From Pseudoalteromonas translucida KMM 520 (GTDB lineage Bacteria > Pseudomonadota > Gammaproteobacteria > Enterobacterales > Alteromonadaceae): 32,000 bases of DNA. This document shows positions 1 to 9,640 of this stretch, piece after piece. Made by a program: the position numbers and the translations under genes. The first letter of the stretch is position 1. Each line of letters opens with the position of its first letter. The DNA is taken from assembly GCF_001465295.1 (NCBI RefSeq), contig NZ_CP011034.1:1470001-1502000 (forward strand), written 5' to 3'. The notes beneath the pieces were generated by a model. That model saw nothing but the letters and a program-made list of their open reading frames with translations. It did no database searches and had not been told where the DNA came from.

Positions 1-2
1 AA

Positions 3-143
3 CAAGCGGGTACAAATCCTACGCTTATTCGTATTGAAACAAACGCCGGACATGGCGCAGGCACACCAACGAGTAAAATTATTGATTTGTACGCAGATAT
101 GTATGGCTTTACTCTTTATAACATGGGAGTTAAGTCACTTTAA
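3..143 (+). CDS. 3' end of a prolyl oligopeptidase (S9A) family serine peptidase; the 5' part lies outside the window
   Basis: Frame 3 reads [46 protein letters not shown], then TAA at 141-143. The IRIETxAGHGAG block matches the catalytic-His region of prolyl endopeptidases. A terminator hairpin follows. Confidence 0.65.
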   Translation, partial: QAGTNPTLIRIETNAGHGAGTPTSKIIDLYADMYGFTLYNMGVKSL

Positions 144-176
144 TTACGACTTTTTCAAAGTGAAGTAACCACAAAA

Positions 177-207
177 AACCGAGTAAATTAACTTACTCGG
201 TTTTTTT
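177..207. terminator. Bidirectional rho-independent terminator between the peptidase gene (+) and the dGTPase-like gene (-)
   Basis: Perfect 10-bp stem aaccgagtaa (177-186) / ttactcggtt (193-202) with a 6-nt loop. An A-run lies 5' (173-178) and a T7 run 3' (201-207). Confidence 0.8.
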
Positions 208-230
208 ATTAATCGTTTATAAGCCACTCA

Positions 231-1523
231 TTATTGAACGGGTGAAAACAGCCGTTGATAGGTTTTATAAGCGTATTCATCACTCATACCACTGAGGTAA
301 TCGCAAATAATACGCATATCTTGGTTTTGTTTTTGCGCCTCTATGTACTGAGCTTGCGTAGTTTCGGGTAATAACCGCAGCGGATCGCTGGCAAAAGCGG
401 TAAATAATTCAATCAGTAGGTTTTGCCCTTTAAACTCAATTTGTTGCATTTTAGGATTGCGAATTAAGCGCTGAAACACAAAGTGTTTAAGTATTTGCAG
501 TACACTTTCGTACTGAGTTTCTAGCTTGGCTGTGTATTTTAAAATAGGGCATTCGAACGCTTCGTTTTGCACATCTAAATGAATATGAATGATAAAGGTA
601 TTAACCAGTTCGCCTATGGCATCTTTGCGCTCAAAATCATGCTTTGAAAACAGTCGTAAAGTGAGTGATTCGAGCATGTCGTTTAACCAGCTAAAGTTAA
701 GCGCCTGCAGTTGTGGTAATGCATGGGTTTGCCAATCATCAAGAGTGAGTACTTTGGTGGCTATGGCATCTTCTAGGTCGTGTACCGCATAAGCTATATC
801 GTCGGCGTGCTCCATTATGGCGCTATCGAGCGATTTATAGCAGGTTTTAGCGCGGTACTTATCTATTACCGTGTGGTTGCTTAACAAGGTTTTATCGTTT
901 TGACTCAAGGGCTCTATTATCCAATTGAATATAGCCGCATCATCGTTATATAAGCCTTTAGCTGGTCGCCAATCGTCTGCTTTAATAAATGCGCGCTCAG
1001 GGTTTGCTTTAGGAATAGTGTGCCAAAGCTCATTTATAAATGCAGGGTATTTTATAAAGCCTAGTAAGGTACGGCGCGTAAGGTTCATACCATGGCCGTC
1101 GCTGTATGGTTCAAGCTTGGCAACAATACGCAGCGTTTGCGCGTTGCCTTCAAAACCACCGTGTTCGCGCATCATATAATTAAGTGCAATTTCGCCGCCA
1201 TGACCAAACGGTGGGTGACCAATATCGTGGGCTAAGCATAGGGTTTCTAGTAATCCGGTTGACGGAAAATGGCTAAAGTCGCTGTGTTGTACTTTTAAAT
1301 GGCGCAGTATGCCGGTGCCAATTTGCGACACTTCTAAGGAGTGAGTAAGGCGAGTTCGGTAAAAGTCGTTTAAGCCAATACCCATAATTTGGGTTTTAGC
1401 TTGCAGACGCCTAAACGCAGCAGCATGAATAATACGAGAGCGATCAACCTGCCACGGTGAGCGATTATCATTAGGGCGATGTTTATATTGTTCTATAATT
1501 CGGCTTTGCCACTGTTTGTCCAT
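231..1523 (-). CDS. dgt: dGTP triphosphohydrolase-like HD-domain protein (short, type-2 dGTPase family)
   Basis: 430-aa ORF. HD-domain motifs are RLTHSLEVSQIG and LAHDIGHPPFGHGGE, with DDIAYAVHDLEDA further on. The N-terminus (RSPWQVDRSRIIHAAAFRRLQAKTQ) is typical of Dgt-family proteins. Confidence 0.9.
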   Translation of the reverse strand: MDKQWQSRIIEQYKHRPNDNRSPWQVDRSRIIHAAAFRRLQAKTQIMGIGLNDFYRTRLTHSLEVSQIGTGILRHLKVQHSDFSHFPSTGLLETLCLAHDIGHPPFGHGGEIALNYMMREHGGFEGNAQTLRIVAKLEPYSDGHGMNLTRRTLLGFIKYPAFINELWHTIPKANPERAFIKADDWRPAKGLYNDDAAIFNWIIEPLSQNDKTLLSNHTVIDKYRAKTCYKSLDSAIMEHADDIAYAVHDLEDAIATKVLTLDDWQTHALPQLQALNFSWLNDMLESLTLRLFSKHDFERKDAIGELVNTFIIHIHLDVQNEAFECPILKYTAKLETQYESVLQILKHFVFQRLIRNPKMQQIEFKGQNLLIELFTAFASDPLRLLPETTQAQYIEAQKQNQDMRIICDYLSGMSDEYAYKTYQRLFSPVQ

Positions 1524-1709
1524 ACTACTGACTCGTAATTAGTTAATAACGTTAGAATATACCCATGAACTATAAATTGCGAGTGCACACGTTGTACGGT
1601 ATTTACGCAGTTAGTGAAAATTCGCCTTTATAAAGTGGCTTAGGTATAATAACGCTTCGTATGTATGTGCATTACCCATACATAATTTAAAGTTTTATTG
1701 AGAGAGTAC

Positions 1710-2519
1710 ATGTTAAAAAACATTATAAAGTTTTTATTAGCCGCATTTTTTATTTGGGCACTGGCGTTTCCTTTTTTACAAAGTGACGAGGGTGATTCAG
1801 ATGAGCAAACAAGTTCAGAGCAATCTACAAAGAAAAAGAAAAAAGAAAAACCGCTGCACAGTGTAACGTTACCAAAGTTTTCTGAGTTTGCGGATGTAAA
1901 AGATAAAAAACGGGCATTTTTTAACTTTATTAAACCGCATGTAGAAGCCGAAAATAAAAAGATTTTACAGCAACGCGCTAATTTAGAAATTGCCCGAATG
2001 ATGCTCGAAAACGACTTACCGTTAGACGAAAAACAAAGCAATGATATTGTTAAAATATTAAAGTCGTACGACCTACCCACCACAGTAGATAGCTTCACGC
2101 TTAAACAAGCACTTCGCCGTGTAGACGTGATCCCTAAAGAACTAGCCCTAATGCAAGCTGCTAATGAGTCTGCGTGGGGAACATCGCGATTTGCACGTAT
2201 TGGCCTGAACTTTTTTGGCCAGTGGTGTTATTCAAAAGGCTGCGGTATGGTCCCTGGTAGACGCGATACCGGTGCTGCACATGAAGTGGCTGCGTTTAAG
2301 TCGGTGCGTGCTGCAGTTAATTCTTACTTTAAAAATATAAACACCCATAATGCTTATAAAGAGCTGCGATCTATTCGCGAAAACTTACGTTTAGAACAAC
2401 AACCCATAGCAGCAACATTATTAACGCAGGGTTTAATGTCGTATTCAGAGCGTGGTGAAGCGTATATAGAAGAGCTAAACACTATGATTAACCAAAATAG
2501 AGCCTACTTTGATGAATAA
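1710..2519 (+). CDS. bax: Bax-like protein with a C-terminal FlgJ-type glucosaminidase domain
   Basis: The ORF track opens at TTG 1698. ATG 1710 is preferred because a GAGAG Shine-Dalgarno lies just upstream. There is an N-terminal hydrophobic segment. LMQAANESAWGTSRFARIGLNFFGQWCY is the glucosaminidase signature seen in E. coli Bax. Confidence 0.75.
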   Translation: MLKNIIKFLLAAFFIWALAFPFLQSDEGDSDEQTSSEQSTKKKKKEKPLHSVTLPKFSEFADVKDKKRAFFNFIKPHVEAENKKILQQRANLEIARMMLENDLPLDEKQSNDIVKILKSYDLPTTVDSFTLKQALRRVDVIPKELALMQAANESAWGTSRFARIGLNFFGQWCYSKGCGMVPGRRDTGAAHEVAAFKSVRAAVNSYFKNINTHNAYKELRSIRENLRLEQQPIAATLLTQGLMSYSERGEAYIEELNTMINQNRAYFDE

Positions 2520-3180
2520 AAGTGTATTAAATATAGTGACAGCACTGTCGTTAACACTACTTAGTGTTACAGCATTAAGTGCCTCTGCTAGAGAGTTTGT
2601 AATGTCGTACGATGGCTTTTACGATCGCTTAAAAGTGGTTAATAAAGGTGATTTTCAATATGCGCGAGTTAATTTTTATATTAGCGATATTGGCACTAAC
2701 GAAGCCTGTGCGATTAAAAGTGGCACAATTTTAACCGAAAATAACGAGTACCCGCTCAATTACACCGAGCAAGCGCAATTATTACTGCCTTTTGATAAGC
2801 AACTTGATACAGACAAAGCCGTTATTGTGGTGCAACCGCAAAACCCGATACATGACTGTCAGTTAAAATTACAAATAGAAGCGAATGAACTTGAAGGCTT
2901 AAGTTTTACTAAACAGTCGTTATTTACTATACACACTGAACTTGACGAACTGTTGGCTGATTTATCGGGCTTTTTTGTTAGTAAATTAATGTGGTTTTTA
3001 TTACCAGAACAAAAAGGCGTAGTTGTTACCTTTAAAAAACCAATGCATTTTGATGATGAAAGCATTGAGTGTAAAAAATCAGTGTGCTATTTCGCTGTTG
3101 CAGATAATTGGCAAGACGATACTAAAGAATTAGCTGATATTGCAGATGTTATAAAAGTAACACCTTGGATAACTAAATAA
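2509..3180 (+). CDS. Secreted hypothetical protein, apparently co-transcribed with bax
   Basis: 223-aa ORF with a clear signal peptide (LSLTLLSVTALSASA-RE). It overlaps the bax stop by 11 nt and is followed by a terminator. It may belong to a gammaproteobacterial DUF family, but I cannot name it with confidence. Confidence 0.7.
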   Translation: MMNKSVLNIVTALSLTLLSVTALSASAREFVMSYDGFYDRLKVVNKGDFQYARVNFYISDIGTNEACAIKSGTILTENNEYPLNYTEQAQLLLPFDKQLDTDKAVIVVQPQNPIHDCQLKLQIEANELEGLSFTKQSLFTIHTELDELLADLSGFFVSKLMWFLLPEQKGVVVTFKKPMHFDDESIECKKSVCYFAVADNWQDDTKELADIADVIKVTPWITK

Positions 3181-3204
3181 ATATAATTTTTATAAAAATT
3201 ACTT

Positions 3205-3228
3205 AAAGCGGCTTTTGCCGCTTTTTTA
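3205..3228 (+). terminator. Rho-independent terminator of the bax operon
   Basis: aaagcggc tttt gccgcttt hairpin (stem 3205-3212 / 3217-3224), running into a T-run that extends to 3227. Confidence 0.8.
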
Positions 3229-3251
3229 TTTACCTGAATTCTGGTTAAGTA

Positions 3252-4430
3252 TTATATTGCGGAAGTGTTGGCTTGCGAGAAGAGGGTGTGATCGTATTGG
3301 CTAACTACTTTGTCGCGGCCTGTTTCTTTTGCAAGGTATAGGTGTTTGTCGGCGTGTAGTAATAGCTCTTTTAAATTTAGCTGGTTAATAGTGGTACTAC
3401 TAACACCGGCACTAACAGACAGAGGTATGGGTTGATCATTACAATAAAATGGTTGCTGACGAATATTAACGCTTAATTGCTCTGCCAAGGTATTTGCTTG
3501 CTCAAGCGTATAACCATTAAGCAACACAGCAAACTCTTCTCCCCCTATTCGCGCCGTTATGCCAATATTCATAAATAATTGGCTGATATGTTGTGCTATC
3601 CATTTTAATGCTTGGTCGCCTACATCATGGCCATATTTATCGTTTACACGCTTAAAAAAATCTATATCTAACATAATTAAAGCAAGGGTATGATTTTTAT
3701 CGGCTGTATTGGCCTTAATGTTTTTACAGGTAGAGAAAAATCCGCGACGATTTAATAATTGCGTTAACGAATCATTGTTTGCCAAGTTAATAAGCTTAGA
3801 CTCTGAATTTGCAAAAATAATAAAAGGCAAAACTAAAGCACAGAGTGTGGTAATAAAAAGGTGCGCTATTAATAGTATGTGTAACTGGGGCTTAAAGTCA
3901 TCATTATTTGAGGTTATAAAGGGTAGCAACAATAAAATTGCTTGTCCTAACATTACTAAGCTATGTGTTACTAAGCCTATTATAAGTAATCGTTGCTGTA
4001 ATTTAGCAGCGCAGTGTGTTTTTAATAAAATAAAAGCGCCGTATAAAAATAAAACGGCAACCATAAAGCTTGTTAGTATTTGGCTTAAAACATGATTGTA
4101 TACAAACACGAGTAATAAAGCGCACAAGCCATAAAGGTAAGCTAAAGGCGTTAAGTTTATTACAGCTTTGTTATTAAACTTATTCAAGCCGATTACAAGT
4201 AATAGTGGGCTCAGTATAATAAATAAGTTTGCTAGGTAGTGAGTTAGCCAAGGGTGGTTTAGCTGTTCTTTAAAGCTCACAAGTAAAATAGCGGTGGCAA
4301 ACGAGATACAAGCACCGCCAAATAACAAAAAGCTAGTTGTTTTTTTGTGCAGGTAAAAAGAAATAAACAGTATACCTATCAGTAAGTTAAAAATAAAAGA
4401 TAGGCTAATTATAGTCGGTAAGTGCAGCAT
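3252..4430 (-). CDS. Membrane-anchored diguanylate cyclase: multi-TM N-terminal sensor plus GGDEF domain
   Basis: About 7 hydrophobic helices are followed by LTQLLNRRGF, DIDFFKRVNDKYGHDVGD and RIGGEEFAV (a GGEEF active site). No RxxD I-site sits 5 residues upstream. The track start at 4466 is TTG; ATG 4430 (MLHLPT) with AAGAG upstream is preferred. Confidence 0.85.
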   Translation of the reverse strand: MLHLPTIISLSFIFNLLIGILFISFYLHKKTTSFLLFGGACISFATAILLVSFKEQLNHPWLTHYLANLFIILSPLLLVIGLNKFNNKAVINLTPLAYLYGLCALLLVFVYNHVLSQILTSFMVAVLFLYGAFILLKTHCAAKLQQRLLIIGLVTHSLVMLGQAILLLLPFITSNNDDFKPQLHILLIAHLFITTLCALVLPFIIFANSESKLINLANNDSLTQLLNRRGFFSTCKNIKANTADKNHTLALIMLDIDFFKRVNDKYGHDVGDQALKWIAQHISQLFMNIGITARIGGEEFAVLLNGYTLEQANTLAEQLSVNIRQQPFYCNDQPIPLSVSAGVSSTTINQLNLKELLLHADKHLYLAKETGRDKVVSQYDHTLFSQANTSAI

Positions 4431-4570
4431 GTTGTAAGTACTCTTAAATATAAAGTGGCAGAGCAATTCGCTGCGTCCGTGTATTATATACTGTTATAAA
4501 ATTTTAAAAATCGTTGTAAAGCATTGTATTTATAACTAAATAAGAATTTATAAATGCTGAATGACTGTGC

Positions 4571-5461
4571 TTATACTAAACTCTCTAATGCCGAATTAAT
4601 ATCAGAAAAATGAAATCGGTAGTTATGCTCTAATGCTTTTTGGGGTAAAACATATTGTCCGGTAATGAGCAGATCAGCCATTTCGCCCATTAACAGCTTT
4701 AACACAAGCGCTGGCATAGGAATTAGTGCGGGTCGAGATAACGCCTTACCTAAACTTTTACTAAATACTTTACTGCTGACAGGATTTGGTGCCGTTGCGT
4801 TAATAGGCCCAGTCATATTTTTATTTTTTATAATAAATAATATTAACTGTGTCATATCGTCAATATGGATCCACGACATACCTTGCTCGCCATTGCCAAT
4901 AGGGCCGCCCAAACAGAGCTTAAACGCCGGTAGCATTTTGCTCAATGCACCGCCTTTTTTTGCTAATACTATGCCTGTGCGCAGTAAACACACGCGGGTA
5001 CTAGCTGATTGAGCTGCTAATGCTGCGTTTTCCCAGTCTTTACAAAGCTGGTGGCTAAACTCATCGTGGGGTTTATTATTTTCTTCATCAATTGGGGTAA
5101 TGCCTTGGCGACCATAAAAACCAACTGCACTGCCTGATATAAACGTATGCGGTGGGGTATTGGATGCAGCGATTGCGGCAGATATTTGTTTTGTTAGCTC
5201 AATGCGGCTCTCGCGAATAATCGATTTTTGTTTATCACTCCAGCGCTTATTTACAATGGGCTCACCCGCAAGGTTAATTACTACATCAATATTATTAAAA
5301 TCAACCGCGTCTATGTTGGTAACTGCATTTATTTTATGCCCTAAAAGTACGTTTGCTTTTGTAGGGTTACGGCTTAGTACAGTAATACTATGATGGTGGG
5401 TTAAAAAAGGACAAAGGTGTTGGCCAATTAAGCCAGTAGCTCCAGTAATAAAAATATGCAT
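4571..5461 (-). CDS. TIGR01777/YfcH-like NAD-binding epimerase-family (atypical SDR) protein
   Basis: N-terminal Rossmann motif MHIFITGATGLIGQHL. Length is about 296 aa. The C-terminal region (LLMGEMADLLITGQYVLPQKALEHNYRFHF) is typical of the DUF1731 tail of YfcH-like proteins. Confidence 0.8.
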   Translation of the reverse strand: MHIFITGATGLIGQHLCPFLTHHHSITVLSRNPTKANVLLGHKINAVTNIDAVDFNNIDVVINLAGEPIVNKRWSDKQKSIIRESRIELTKQISAAIAASNTPPHTFISGSAVGFYGRQGITPIDEENNKPHDEFSHQLCKDWENAALAAQSASTRVCLLRTGIVLAKKGGALSKMLPAFKLCLGGPIGNGEQGMSWIHIDDMTQLILFIIKNKNMTGPINATAPNPVSSKVFSKSLGKALSRPALIPMPALVLKLLMGEMADLLITGQYVLPQKALEHNYRFHFSDINSALESLV

Positions 5462-5633
5462 AACACAGCCTTATTTTTTAAATGCTAGCAAGTGTTTAAA
5501 ATTTATACTCGCTAGTGCTTGGTTTTGCAAATTTATACGTGTAATGCAGTTTTATGATCACTTAGTAAATATTTCATTTTATTAGCTTTTGCCTTACACT
5601 AAAGGCTAATAAAAAATAATAAGGATCATAATA

Positions 5634-6674
5634 TTGGCAAGTTTAACTGGGGTAAATAAAAGCTTAATTATTTTTGCTGCACTGGTTATTGTGCTCGCAG
5701 GGATCAAGTCGGCCAGCGCTATTATTATTCCCTTTATTTTAGCGGCGTTTATTGCAATTATTTGCAGCCCGCTAATTAAATTTTTTGCTCGCTATCGTAT
5801 TCCCAAAGGCATTGCTGTTATTTTTGTGGTGCTTATTATTGTCGGGCTAGGAGTCAGCCTTGGCGGCTTGGTAGGGCAGTCAGTTAATGATTTTTCGCAG
5901 CAACTTCCGCAATTTAAAGTTAAATTAAAAGAAGAGTTTGTTTGGCTTGTTGATATAGCGTCGCAGTACAATATTTTAATTAATAAAGATCAAATATTAT
6001 CTATGTTTGATCCAGGTAAACTGGTTGATGTTGCCACCAATATGCTCACCAGCTTAGGTGGGGTAATGGCGAATATGTTTTTAATTATTTTAACCGTGGT
6101 TTTTATGCTATTTGAAGGGCCGTCACTTAATTATAAAATACATTCGGCGCTTAACGATCCTGACAAAAAAATGAAACAAATTAATCGTTTTTTAGACTCA
6201 ATTAACTCTTATTTAGCCATTAAAACCTTAGTAAGTTTAGGAACGGGTATATTAGCTGCTTCTTTACTGTGGTTTTTAGATGTCGATTATTTTGTATTAT
6301 GGGGCGTATTAGCCTTTATGTTTAATTACATTCCCAATATAGGTTCAATTATTGCCGCTGTACCTGCAGTATTATTGGCACTTATAACGCAAGGCCCTTT
6401 AGTAGCTGGTTTAGTGGGAGCTGGATATTTAGTTATTAATACTGTGATGGGTAATATAGTAGAGCCTAAATTTTTAGGTAAAGGGCTGGGGCTTTCTACC
6501 TTAGTGGTGTTTTTGTCTTTGATATTTTGGGGCTGGTTATTAGGCTCTGTAGGTATGTTGCTGTCGGTACCTTTAACTATGATAGTTAAAATAGGGCTTG
6601 AAGCAAGTGACGAAGGCCGCTGGGTGGCAACTTTACTAGGTACAGGCGAAGAGCTTACTGATATAGCAAAGTAG
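5634..6674 (+). CDS. AI-2E family transporter (UPF0118, PerM/YhhT-like permease)
   Basis: 346-aa polytopic membrane protein. The conserved C-terminal blocks are NYIPNIGSIIAAVPAVLLAL and VEPKFLGKGLGLSTLVVFLSLIFWGWLLG. TTG start with AAGGA 8 nt upstream. Confidence 0.85.
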   Translation: MASLTGVNKSLIIFAALVIVLAGIKSASAIIIPFILAAFIAIICSPLIKFFARYRIPKGIAVIFVVLIIVGLGVSLGGLVGQSVNDFSQQLPQFKVKLKEEFVWLVDIASQYNILINKDQILSMFDPGKLVDVATNMLTSLGGVMANMFLIILTVVFMLFEGPSLNYKIHSALNDPDKKMKQINRFLDSINSYLAIKTLVSLGTGILAASLLWFLDVDYFVLWGVLAFMFNYIPNIGSIIAAVPAVLLALITQGPLVAGLVGAGYLVINTVMGNIVEPKFLGKGLGLSTLVVFLSLIFWGWLLGSVGMLLSVPLTMIVKIGLEASDEGRWVATLLGTGEELTDIAK

Positions 6675-6688
6675 TATGTTACTTTGCT
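6665..6688 (+). terminator. Hairpin spanning the stop codon of the AI-2E transporter; a possible weak terminator
   Basis: 9-bp perfect stem agcaaagta (6665-6673) / tactttgct (6680-6688). No U-tract follows, so function is uncertain. Confidence 0.25.
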
Positions 6689-6709
6689 GTAAATATTACT
6701 TTACGGCTA

Positions 6710-7804
6710 TTAAACTTTTAAAGCATTAATAGCCGTATTTGCTGCGTTAATTGCACCTTCTAAGTATCCTGCCTCTTGCTGCGCAAACTCGCTGCCAACA
6801 AAATGAATATTTAAGTTAGCTAACTGTGAGCTTAGCCCCGAGTAGTTAAACTCTGGGTGTTGCGACGGCCCTGTTTTATCATCTTCATTTGTCACATAGG
6901 AGTCAGCTGCCCAGTCCTTAATAAAATATCCTGTAGCTGCGTATACTTCATCGCCATAAAAATAAGCAAGTTGTTCTATACACGCTTGTTTTAATTGCTC
7001 AGTGGTTACTGTACTGCGCGTTGAGTAAGGTACACCAATAAAGCCAAATAGGGCGGGGTGACCATTATGACTGGCGCTTGCATCGTGAACCTCTACTAAT
7101 GGCCCAACACGGCTAAAGCATTGCCCAGATAAGTTTTGATCACGCCAAAAAGCATGTTCAAAAGTTGCTATAAATTTAGCTTGGCCTGCCATCCATGTAG
7201 GCACTGCAGTTAAGCGATTTATAAGTGTTTGGTTAGCCCAAAGATCAGGGGTTAAGTGTTGAATTATCATACGCGGGGGGAGCGCTGCAATTAGTTGCTT
7301 TGCGCTAAATTGCTTAACTTCGCCATTGTGGTTAGCAGTTATATGCCAAGTATTTTGTTGCTTATGTAATTTAACAACGTGATGCTCTGTTAGGATTGAA
7401 GCTGGGTTAAGCTGCTCATACAAGGCTTTAATTAAGCTGTACATGCCGCCTGTTAATCTTAGGAGATGCATTTCGCCTGCACCGGCTATTTGTTGCGGCT
7501 TTAGCGTTTTCGCTGCCTGATATAACACATCGCCTTGTGTATATTGTGCAAATACAGGTAAGCGTAATAACGAAATAAGTTGTTGAATTTTAGGTTGATG
7601 CTCAAAAATCCAAGTAGGGCCTAAATCAAAACTAATAGCACTATTGTGAGTGTCATGTGCTGCTTCAATTCGCCCGCCTAACTGTGGTTTTGCTTCTAAT
7701 AATAGGTAGGGAATATTGCGTTGCTGTAGCAGGTATGCACTATACAACCCAGCTAAGCCGCCACCAATAATAATAACGGGTTTATTTGTAGTGGGTTTGC
7801 TCAT
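6710..7804 (-). CDS. FAD-dependent oxidoreductase, flavin amine-oxidase-like
   Basis: N-terminal dinucleotide-binding motif VIIIGGGLAGLYSAYLLQQRNIPYLLLEAKPQLGGR. The C-terminal FVGSEFAQQEAGYLEGAINAA is typical of the amine oxidase fold. Confidence 0.8.
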   Translation of the reverse strand: MSKPTTNKPVIIIGGGLAGLYSAYLLQQRNIPYLLLEAKPQLGGRIEAAHDTHNSAISFDLGPTWIFEHQPKIQQLISLLRLPVFAQYTQGDVLYQAAKTLKPQQIAGAGEMHLLRLTGGMYSLIKALYEQLNPASILTEHHVVKLHKQQNTWHITANHNGEVKQFSAKQLIAALPPRMIIQHLTPDLWANQTLINRLTAVPTWMAGQAKFIATFEHAFWRDQNLSGQCFSRVGPLVEVHDASASHNGHPALFGFIGVPYSTRSTVTTEQLKQACIEQLAYFYGDEVYAATGYFIKDWAADSYVTNEDDKTGPSQHPEFNYSGLSSQLANLNIHFVGSEFAQQEAGYLEGAINAANTAINALKV

Positions 7805-7905
7805 AGTAACCTTTATACCTTTGTGGTTTGCATTGTAAGGTGCTGGACTATTTATTAGTATCGCTACTCATGTCGATATTAATAGCGCAGCACTTATTTT
7901 AAATA

Positions 7906-8316
7906 TTAAAGAGGCCGCTTTAAGTCTAAAGTAAATTGCTCTACTAGTGATAACTCGCAGGTTTTATAGGTTATTGCGGCACTTAAAGCGTTAGGTAACT
8001 TTAATGAGTAGCGCCACTGGCAACTATGCTTAATATAATTTTCGTTACTGGCAATGCTTTTTATAAACAGCTGTAAAATTTGCGTATTGCCAGTTGCAAA
8101 TTCTAATTTGTTTAACTCAAATTTGCGCTTTTGGATCCAAGTGTTTTGCAGTTGTTTAGCTGTATTTAATTGATCATCAAGGCACTGAATGTAACGCTTA
8201 GTAACCTCTGGTGTTGCTTGAGCAGGTAATTTACATGTTTTCTGGGCAAAGCTTACAGAGCTAAAAAATAATAAAACTAAGCTTAATGAATAAATTATAG
8301 GGTTACTTTTTTTCAT
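7906..8316 (-). CDS. Small secreted four-cysteine protein, tentatively DUF1311/LprI-like
   Basis: It has a signal peptide (LVLLFFSSVSFA-QK). The cysteine pattern C..QC-LDDQLN-...-W-...-C-...-C resembles DUF1311. It overlaps the kinase gene stop by 14 nt, which suggests the same operon. Confidence 0.55.
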   Translation of the reverse strand: MKKSNPIIYSLSLVLLFFSSVSFAQKTCKLPAQATPEVTKRYIQCLDDQLNTAKQLQNTWIQKRKFELNKLEFATGNTQILQLFIKSIASNENYIKHSCQWRYSLKLPNALSAAITYKTCELSLVEQFTLDLKRPL

Positions 8317-9640
8317 GGTAATTAAACTCTAGCATAAACTTGGCTCCGCCTAATTGCTCAGACTTAGAAATTGTGAGTAATCCACGATACGACTTAACTA
8401 AGTCAGATACGATTGCCATACCTACACCATGGCCGCTTTCGTAGGTATCTAAGCGTGTGCCTCTGGTAAGTAGAGATTCGCGTTTGTCTTGTGGTACACC
8501 TGGGCCGTCGTCGCTAATACTAATACACAGGGTTTTACCTTGCGCTACTTTAATAGTTACTTGTGAGCGACATGCTTTACAGGCGTTATCAATTAAATTA
8601 CCGAGTAATTCCATTAGGTCGGTTTTATCACCTAAAAAGTAATCTTTTTTACCTACTTTACAATCGAAAATAATATCTTTATCGCGGTATACTTTACCCA
8701 TAGCGCTTAAAATAGAGTCTAAAACAGGTTTAATAACGGTTTGTTTTTTCCAAGTGTCGGAAGCACCTGTAGCAGCACGTTTTAATTGATGCTCGATCAT
8801 CACATTAATGCGATCGAGTTGTTCTTGTGCATCGGCATCATTTGCCAATGGACTAGACTTTAGTACGGCCAATGGTGTTTTAAGTGCGTGGGCTAAGTCG
8901 CTTAATGACGCTCTGTAGCGCTCTTTTTGGCGTTGTTGCGACTCAAGTAATAAGTTTAAATCAGCTTTAATTGTTTGTAACTCTACAGGGTATAAACCTT
9001 TTATTTCTTGTATATCGCCAGACTCTATCGCTTTAATTTCTTTATCTAGGCGCTGTAGTGGGCGGGCACTCCAAATAAAACCAATAGCCATTAACCCCGC
9101 AATTGCTATTCCCATTATAAACATCCAATCAACTAGCGTTTGTTTAAAGCCATCCATAAGCTTTACTAGCGCGTCGTTACGCTTGAGTAAAATAAAGCGT
9201 GCTTGCTCAGACTGATCAATATTATTGAGAATAACGGTTAAGCTTAGTTGCCAATAGCTGGTGTTATTATACTCTACACGCCTAAAGTCAGCAGCGCCCG
9301 CTTTGGGCTCAATATATTCTGGCGTAAAATTAACATTCACCGCCGACTCAGAATACCAAATAGGTACATCATCGCGGTATATCATTGCGTAGGTATCTGA
9401 ATTTAAATTATTAAGTTCGGGGGTTAAAATAGTGCTGGGCATAATAATGCCGCGCTCAGTAAAGTCGACTTCAGAAATAAGGGAGTAGAGGTGAGCTTCG
9501 AGATTTTTTTCTGTCGCATCAACCAAAGAGGCATAATAAGCGGTGCCTATAGAGTAAAACAAAATAGGCAGGGCGACTAATAAAACAAAGACAAGGATAA
9601 ATCCTTGCCTTATTTTTAACGATATTTGCGGTGCTACCAC
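8303..9640 (-). CDS. Sensor histidine kinase, PhoQ-like architecture (TM, periplasmic domain, TM, HAMP, HisKA, HATPase)
   Basis: H-box LSDLAHALKTPLAVL, N-box LLGNLIDNACKA, G1 DDGPGV, G2 GHGVGMAIV. Two TM segments flank a periplasmic domain of about 130 aa. It overlaps the regulator gene by 7 nt. Confidence 0.9.
   Translation of the reverse strand: MVAPQISLKIRQGFILVFVLLVALPILFYSIGTAYYASLVDATEKNLEAHLYSLISEVDFTERGIIMPSTILTPELNNLNSDTYAMIYRDDVPIWYSESAVNVNFTPEYIEPKAGAADFRRVEYNNTSYWQLSLTVILNNIDQSEQARFILLKRNDALVKLMDGFKQTLVDWMFIMGIAIAGLMAIGFIWSARPLQRLDKEIKAIESGDIQEIKGLYPVELQTIKADLNLLLESQQRQKERYRASLSDLAHALKTPLAVLKSSPLANDADAQEQLDRINVMIEHQLKRAATGASDTWKKQTVIKPVLDSILSAMGKVYRDKDIIFDCKVGKKDYFLGDKTDLMELLGNLIDNACKACRSQVTIKVAQGKTLCISISDDGPGVPQDKRESLLTRGTRLDTYESGHGVGMAIVSDLVKSYRGLLTISKSEQLGGAKFMLEFNYHEKK

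Noticed and set aside
1831-1852. A-rich tract aaagaaaaagaaaaaagaaaaa in bax, considered as a slipped-strand phase-variation site
   Set aside because: The longest homopolymer run is only 6 A. The tract simply encodes a KKKKKEK linker after the signal-anchor segment.
589-2098. Track ORFs 589-792(+), 925-1179(+) and 1640-2098(-), antisense to or overlapping dgt and bax
   Set aside because: They lie entirely inside, or opposite, strongly supported genes. They have low-complexity Ser/Cys-rich translations and no ribosome-binding sites, as expected for shadow ORFs.
2859-5393. Track ORFs 2859-3065(-), 3709-4095(+), 4665-5012(+) and 5160-5393(+)
   Set aside because: They are antisense to the secreted protein, GGDEF and YfcH-like genes, and show no independent signals.
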